From: Telmatocola sphagniphila
GTDB taxonomy: Bacteria > Planctomycetota > Planctomycetia > Gemmatales > Gemmataceae
DNA: 32,000 nt
Direction of reading: 5' to 3'
NCBI RefSeq assembly: GCF_018398935.1
Contig: NZ_CP074694.1
Span: 660,001 to 692,000 of the forward strand
The translations under genes and the position numbers were made by a program. The stretch's first letter is position 1. Each line of letters begins with the position of its first letter. Positions 27,134 to 32,000 of this stretch are shown here, piece after piece. The notes beneath the pieces are model-generated. The model did not search any database. It had not been told where the DNA came from and saw nothing but the letters and a program-made list of their open reading frames with translations.

Positions 27134-29065
27134 TTACTTGCAGCCGCCGCAAGAAGAGCGACCGCCGAACAGCTTCATTCCGCCGAACAGGCTCTTGTGA
27201 CCACTGACAGGAGCAACAACTCCGCCGCAGCCCGAAACCGTAGCGCCACCGCAGCCGCTGTCGCAACCACTGCTGACCTGAACCTTGACGATTTCTTCGG
27301 TAGCAACCATTTCGGTGTAGGTTTCTTTCTTGCTCTTCTTAACGTCGCTCCAAGTGGTGACATCAACGTCGATGACCTTGTCCACTACCTTGGCAACGTT
27401 AACGGTGTGGGTAGCGGTCTTGGTGACCGGAACGCACTTCTTGGTAACAACTTCCACGTCCTTGGTAACCGGAATCATTTCGACTTCGGTGCGGGTAGCG
27501 GTCTTGGTAACAGGTACGCACTTGTTGACGGTAACATCAACGACCTTCGTCGAAGGAACGCTTTCGTAAACGGTGTTCACACCGGTCTTGGTGACTGCAA
27601 CGCACTTGTTAACGGTGACGTCAACGACTTTCGTCGAAGGAACGTTTTCGTAAACGGTGTTCACGCCGGTCTTGGTGACGGCAACGCACTTGTTAACGGT
27701 GACATCAACGACTTTCGTCGAAGGAACGTTTTCGTAAACGGTGTTCACGCCGGACTTGGTGACGGGAACGCACTTGTTAACGGTGACGTCGACGACCTTA
27801 GTGGAAGGAACGTTTTCGTAAACCGTCTTGGTAGCTGTCATGGTCTTGGCGACGCAATGAGTGACCGGAACCTGAATCGTTTCCGTCATTGCAACTCGTT
27901 CGTAAACGGTGCTGGTGACAGTTTGCGATTCGGTAACGGTTTCGTAGTGTCCGCAAGGAGCCGGGGTAGCACATGCACTGGTGGTAGCGCCGCCGAACAG
28001 TTTGCCACCGAAGAGGCTGTGACCATGGCCCACAGAAGTGGTACCACAGCCACCGCAACCGCCGGTGGTAACCGGGGTGCCGCAACCGGAAGCTGCAACT
28101 GCGGGAGTGCCGCAACCGCCGCAACCGCTCACCGTGGTTGCACAAGGATCAACGGCAACAACCGGAGCTGCCACCCAAACTTTGCGACAAACAGGAACTG
28201 TGTTCGTTACAGTCTTGGGAACGCAGGTGTACTTGGTGACGGTACGAGCTTCCATCGTCGTGACGGGTTCCATTACCGTGTAGGTGTAAGGAACTTGCTT
28301 CGAAACGGTGGTGTACTCGGTTACGGTTCGCTTTTCGACGGAGGGCTGCCATTCGTAAGCGGTGTAAGTGTAAGGAACTTGCTTGGCGACCCGGGTGTAC
28401 TCGGTCACTGTGCGTTTTTCAACGGTGGGCTGAATTTCGTTGACGGTGTAGGTGTAAGGAACTTGCTTGGCGACCCGGGTGTACTCGGTCACTGTGCGTT
28501 TTTCAACGGTCGGTTGAATTTCGTTGACGGTGTAGGTGTAAGGGACTTGCTTAGCGACCTGCGCGTATTCGGTAACCGTCTTCTTTTCGACAACGGCTTG
28601 CCATTCATTGACGGTGTAGGTGTAAGGAACCTGCTTTTCCTTGCGGTCGTAGCTCGTCTGCTTGACGACTTCCTTGACATCGGCCCACTCGTTAACAGTG
28701 TAGGTCGTCGTTTCGGTCTTCGGTTCCCAAACAGTTTCCTTGATGGTCTGCTTCTGCTTGGTCGTCACGGGAACCTTTTCGATATATTCGACGGTTCGTT
28801 CTTTGGTGACAGGCTTGTAGGTGATAACTTTCTGGTCAATCCAGGTTGGAGCAGGTGCTGCAACAGGACCGCAGGGAGCAGCGGCGCCGCAGGGCGATGC
28901 AACTGCGCCACCGCAACCGCTAGCAGCTACCTGACCGCAGGGGTCAGCAGCAACACCGCAACCCGAGGCAACGGCGCCACAAGATTTCTTGTGGGTAGCC
29001 ATTACGGGAGCCGTCAACAGCATGGCAGCAGTGAAGGCAGCGGCCGAACGAAAACCTTTCAACAT
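27134..29065 (-). CDS. Secreted Cys/Gly-rich repeat protein with YTV-type repeats (643 aa), a candidate planctomycete envelope protein
   Basis: AGGGAGA lies 6 nt upstream of the ATG at 29065. The signal peptide is MLKGFRSAAAFTAAMLLTAPVMA. There are two blocks of 28-aa repeats and three CG-rich linkers. All six differences between near-identical repeat copies are synonymous in this frame but non-synonymous in the antisense ORF. A terminator follows on this strand. Confidence 0.75.
   Translation of the reverse strand: MLKGFRSAAAFTAAMLLTAPVMATHKKSCGAVASGCGVAADPCGQVAASGCGGAVASPCGAAAPCGPVAAPAPTWIDQKVITYKPVTKERTVEYIEKVPVTTKQKQTIKETVWEPKTETTTYTVNEWADVKEVVKQTSYDRKEKQVPYTYTVNEWQAVVEKKTVTEYAQVAKQVPYTYTVNEIQPTVEKRTVTEYTRVAKQVPYTYTVNEIQPTVEKRTVTEYTRVAKQVPYTYTAYEWQPSVEKRTVTEYTTVSKQVPYTYTVMEPVTTMEARTVTKYTCVPKTVTNTVPVCRKVWVAAPVVAVDPCATTVSGCGGCGTPAVAASGCGTPVTTGGCGGCGTTSVGHGHSLFGGKLFGGATTSACATPAPCGHYETVTESQTVTSTVYERVAMTETIQVPVTHCVAKTMTATKTVYENVPSTKVVDVTVNKCVPVTKSGVNTVYENVPSTKVVDVTVNKCVAVTKTGVNTVYENVPSTKVVDVTVNKCVAVTKTGVNTVYESVPSTKVVDVTVNKCVPVTKTATRTEVEMIPVTKDVEVVTKKCVPVTKTATHTVNVAKVVDKVIDVDVTTWSDVKKSKKETYTEMVATEEIVKVQVSSGCDSGCGGATVSGCGGVVAPVSGHKSLFGGMKLFGGRSSCGGCK
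27410..27913 (-). repeat. Intragenic 84-bp (28-aa) tandem repeats, block B, six copies
   Basis: The consensus is NTVYENVPSTKVVDVTVNKCVAVTKTGV. The four central copies (27494-27829) are near-identical, and two adjacent copies differ at 3 of 84 nt. Confidence 0.9.
28214..28717 (-). repeat. Intragenic 84-bp (28-aa) tandem repeats, block A (YTYTV type), six copies
   Basis: The consensus is QVPYTYTVNEIQPTVEKRTVTEYTRVAK. The copies at 28382-28465 and 28466-28549 encode identical peptides and differ at 3 of 84 nt. Confidence 0.9.
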
Positions 29066-29395
29066 ACGTCGTCTCCCTCTTTCCGCCGAAAATAAATGAT
29101 GTGAAATGTAAGGTTTATTCATGGCGGAGCCTTACAAATCATGTCCTATCTTATTGCGGCTAAATGTTGACCGCTGAAGCATCATGCTAAACATGACCTT
29201 TTGGGAAGGCCACGCGTAATAAGAAGAATACACAATCCTGGTAAAATGGAAAGAGAAAATCGTCTTTATCGGGGCTTTCACTCTAACGAGTAGGAGTTAG
29301 GTAAAATCAACTTAGGAATCTTTGCCATTCTCAATAGAATCGCTTAAGTCAACATATTCCCACCAATCAGTCCCTTTTTGGAAAGGCAGGCTCTC

Positions 29396-30100
29396 ATGCG
29401 GAAGTGGTTTTGTGCATTGGCTCTAGTTTTTGGGCTTTCGGTTGCTGTCAAAGCGGATGACGACTTCGTGCCCCTGTTCAACGGGAAGGATCTCACCAGC
29501 TGGAAATTGCATCCCGAAACGAACACGGGAGCTTTTAAGGAAGTCAAGGCTGTGATGGCCGATGGCAAAAAGGTCGCCTGGGAAGGCATCACCAAAGACG
29601 GCAAAACGATTACTCTGTGGAAGGTTGTCGACGGTGCGATCGTCGGCGGCGGCCCGATGAGCCACCTCTACCACGACGCGGCCAAGTGGGAAAACTTCCA
29701 CTTCCGGGCTGAAGTTAAAATTAACGATAAGGGCAACAGTGGCATTTTCTTCCGAGCCGGTTACCGCGGCGGAATTCCAGAAGGTTACGAAGCCCAGATC
29801 GATGCGACCCACAGCGACCCGATTCGAACGGGAAGCATTTACCCCAACGGTGAATTCGGTCTGAACAAATTCCGCAAGGATATCGTGGTCATGAACACCG
29901 CGCCTCACAAGCCGGACGAATTCTTTACCTACGAAATTATCGCCAAGGGCGCTACCCTGACGACGATCGTGAACGGCAAGAAAATCAAGGAATGGACCGA
30001 TCCGGCCAAGACCTTCACCAAGGGGCACTTCGCTCTGCAAGGCCACGACCCAGGCTCGGTGATGACTTTCAAGAAAATTGAAGTCAAGGAATTGAAATAA
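29396..30100 (+). CDS. Secreted DUF1080-family protein (3-keto-disaccharide hydrolase-like, concanavalin-type fold)
   Basis: ATG at 29396 gives the signal peptide MRKWFCALALVFGLSVAVKA. FVPLFNGKDLTSWK, GNSGIFFRA, YEAQIDATH, GSIYP and HFALQGHDPGSVMTFKKIEVKEL follow the DUF1080 pattern, recognised from memory. Confidence 0.75.
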   Translation: MRKWFCALALVFGLSVAVKADDDFVPLFNGKDLTSWKLHPETNTGAFKEVKAVMADGKKVAWEGITKDGKTITLWKVVDGAIVGGGPMSHLYHDAAKWENFHFRAEVKINDKGNSGIFFRAGYRGGIPEGYEAQIDATHSDPIRTGSIYPNGEFGLNKFRKDIVVMNTAPHKPDEFFTYEIIAKGATLTTIVNGKKIKEWTDPAKTFTKGHFALQGHDPGSVMTFKKIEVKELK

Positions 30101-30124
30101 TCGTTTGCTGCGAGTCGCCCACGT

Positions 30125-31120
30125 TCATTTCATCCGCCAGACACTTTCTAACGGGATGCGTTCTTTTTCCAGCGTGTCCCGAATATCCTCCAAAAACCTT
30201 TTCGCATCCATCGGATAGCCTGCGGTCGCCTTCAGGCCGGGAATCTTGTTGCGCCAGTACTCGTTGAACTGCAGCATCAGCAATTCCCTCAGATACTTCG
30301 CCAGCATAGATGCCAAAGCCACCGGAAGATATTTCTCTTCGGCCTTGGGCGTAAAACGTAGGTCCACACGCGTAATATCATGCTCTTCCAGATCGCTGGG
30401 GCAGCCGAGCTTTACCCGATAGAAGCCCTCCGCGGCCGTTTCTCGCACGGTTTCAATCCAACAGTCGGGAAAGGCTTCCTGCAGGATCGCACCGTAGAAA
30501 TTCCGCCCCCCCAATTTGTCAACTGCCACCACGTTTTCCCAACCCTGACCTAGGAATTCGGGTCGAAGTTTCTGCAAGAGCGATATCACGCCGGCGGCTG
30601 TGGCCGCACTCTTGACGTTGTGCTTCTCCACTATCCGGTTGAATAAGGGGGTTGGAGTGATCGCCACGAACGTCCACTCCGTTTGCATCGTGTGGCCGGA
30701 GGGTAGCGACATTCGATGCCGATCCCACTTTTCGACATCCAAAACGATTTGATCGAGAGGATACTCGACGGGAATAGTCCGTTGTGGATCGTACCAGGGC
30801 TCCTGCCGAAGTTCTTCAAGTCCCAGGGCACCGACATCCTGCAGAAAGGAATCGAGTGTCAGAGGTGGCGTTCGCAACATCGGCAGCAAGGTGAAGAGGC
30901 CACGCTCCAGGGAAGCGAGCCGACCCGACTTCCCGTAGAGATTTTTGGAATCTGCCACCGGAATCTTGCTGGCATCGGATTCGTCGCGGGCCAGAACATC
31001 CTGAAGTTCTGACCAGAGATCCAGATTGGGATTGGGCAGCCGCCACATCACTGCCGCCTGAGTCATTGGACCCAGATTCGGACCGTAGCCCGCTTCATCG
31101 ATTCCTGCCAAATAGGCCAT
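30125..31120 (-). CDS. RNase H type 2 (RNase HII)-like protein with a large internal insertion
   Basis: GIDEAGYGP (cf. the DEAGRGP motif), ADSKNL (DSK motif), VAVDKLGG (third acidic residue) and KAEEKYLPVALASMLAKYLRE (cf. KGDS....AASILAKVTRD). At 331 aa it is much longer than the ~200 aa of canonical RNase HII. Confidence 0.5.
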   Translation of the reverse strand: MAYLAGIDEAGYGPNLGPMTQAAVMWRLPNPNLDLWSELQDVLARDESDASKIPVADSKNLYGKSGRLASLERGLFTLLPMLRTPPLTLDSFLQDVGALGLEELRQEPWYDPQRTIPVEYPLDQIVLDVEKWDRHRMSLPSGHTMQTEWTFVAITPTPLFNRIVEKHNVKSAATAAGVISLLQKLRPEFLGQGWENVVAVDKLGGRNFYGAILQEAFPDCWIETVRETAAEGFYRVKLGCPSDLEEHDITRVDLRFTPKAEEKYLPVALASMLAKYLRELLMLQFNEYWRNKIPGLKATAGYPMDAKRFLEDIRDTLEKERIPLESVWRMK

Positions 31121-31201
31121 TTTTCCGCCCTATATAATTACGAGCACGGTGCTTCCTGAATAGTTTAGCAGGTAACTGCCATACCCGGGGGAACGAATCT
31201 C

Positions 31202-31552
31202 ATGGCGATGCTAGCCGACAATATTTTTCTGAAGATCATCGACAAAAAGATCCCGGCAAAAATCGTTCACGAGGACGATCTCTGTCTGGCTTTTCACGAC
31301 ATCCATCCTCAGGCCCCCGTTCATGTCGTGATCATACCGAAAAAGGAAATTCGCACGCACGACGACCTGACCTCTGAAGATGCCGTTGTGCTGGGGCATC
31401 TGCATCTGACTGCCCAGAAGATCGCTCGTCAGCTGGGGCTTCACCAGGGTTATCGGCTGGTCCTCAATTGCAAGGAAGACGGCGGGCAAACTGTTCCGCA
31501 TCTGCACATGCATTTGCTCGGCGGTCGAAATATGGGCTGGCCTCCCGGTTAA
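31202..31552 (+). CDS. HIT-family (Hint-like) nucleotide hydrolase
   Basis: IFLKIIDKKIPAKIVHEDD, AFHDIHPQAPVHVVIIPK and the histidine triad HLHMHLLGG. Confidence 0.9.
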   Translation: MAMLADNIFLKIIDKKIPAKIVHEDDLCLAFHDIHPQAPVHVVIIPKKEIRTHDDLTSEDAVVLGHLHLTAQKIARQLGLHQGYRLVLNCKEDGGQTVPHLHMHLLGGRNMGWPPG

Positions 31553-31675
31553 AAACCTCCGCCTTTAAGCTTCGGAGATCTTTCGAAAAAAGGCGATCAG
31601 TTCCCTGAAACGGACGACTTGCCGGAGGCGTCTGGTTGTTAGTGAACGGGTACTTTCCTCTCCGGAGTTGTTGAA

Positions 31676-32000
31676 ATGAAATACTGCAAGTTAATTGCGA
31701 TGCTGGCCCTCCTGCTCGGGGCGGGCACCGCGCGCAGTCAGGGAGCTCCACTACCAGTGGGTTTAAAAGATGTGCCGCCCGATAGCATTTACTTCTTCCA
31801 TGCGGACGTGAAGTCGATTCTGAAATCTCCTCTGGTCCAGGAAGTTCGTAAGGGGCTGGGGGATCAACTCCAGCAAGCGATGGAAGCCGCGAAAGCTCAA
31901 GGGATCGATATCGAAAAACTCTCGACCGTGACTTTCTCCTCGCCGAATTTCACACTGATCGCTTCCAATGCGGAAAATAATCAGTTTTTGCTCACCCTTC
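31676..32000 (+). CDS. Hypothetical secreted protein, N-terminal 108 aa; the 3' end lies outside the window
   Basis: The frame is open from the ATG at 31676 to the window edge, so it is absent from the ORF track. The signal-peptide-like N-terminus is MKYCKLIAMLALLLGAGTARSQG. I recognise no family. Confidence 0.45.
   Translation, partial: MKYCKLIAMLALLLGAGTARSQGAPLPVGLKDVPPDSIYFFHADVKSILKSPLVQEVRKGLGDQLQQAMEAAKAQGIDIEKLSTVTFSSPNFTLIASNAENNQFLLTL

Noticed and set aside
27197-29095. A 632-aa ORF on the + strand covering the whole repeat-protein gene
   Set aside because: This is an antisense shadow of the minus-strand gene. It has no signal peptide or Shine-Dalgarno sequence, and it uses rare Arg codon runs (CGT CGA AGG). 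All six nucleotide differences between near-identical repeat copies are non-synonymous in this frame but silent in the minus frame. The terminator U tract is on the minus strand.
29423-30046. A 207-aa minus-strand ORF
   Set aside because: It is antisense to the DUF1080 gene, which has a signal peptide and family motifs.

Overview
The window looks like a chromosomal segment from a Planctomycetota-type bacterium. That assignment rests on the 16S rRNA gene at ~18787-20300, which contains GGATTAGGCATGCAAGTC at 18832-18849. From memory, this is the exact complement of the planctomycete probe PLA46. I call 28 protein genes, and almost all are housekeeping or envelope-related: a type III glutamine synthetase fragment, HU, PdxJ, a parvulin PPIase, L27, pyruvate kinase, a DPP-IV-like S9 peptidase, CbiQ/CbiO, a D-threonine-aldolase-like PLP enzyme, PurQ, ArgS, RsfS, a 2-hydroxyacid dehydrogenase, a PP2C phosphatase, two glycosyltransferases, DUF1080 and HIT. 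I found no integrase, transposase, CRISPR array, toxin-antitoxin pair or recognisable defence gene, so this is not an obvious accessory island. Three things stand out. (1) The 16S gene is self-contained. It has its own promoter-like site, a boxA-like element, a leader/trailer processing stem and an intrinsic terminator, and no tRNA, 23S or 5S follows it. (2) An ~0.8 kb non-coding block lies directly downstream, between the convergent 16S and argS genes. It holds ~3.3 good copies plus one degenerate copy of a ~177-bp tandem unit, each with three nested dyad symmetries. It ends in four exactly phased 22-bp iterons whose core is the palindrome CACCCGGTG. (3) A 643-aa secreted Cys/Gly-rich protein is built from two different blocks of 28-aa repeats, one carrying YTYTV motifs, and each block is followed by a GH-SLFGG-KLFGG motif. 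Its near-identical 84-bp DNA repeats differ only at synonymous third positions. All functional calls come from reading motifs by eye, since no database search was possible.
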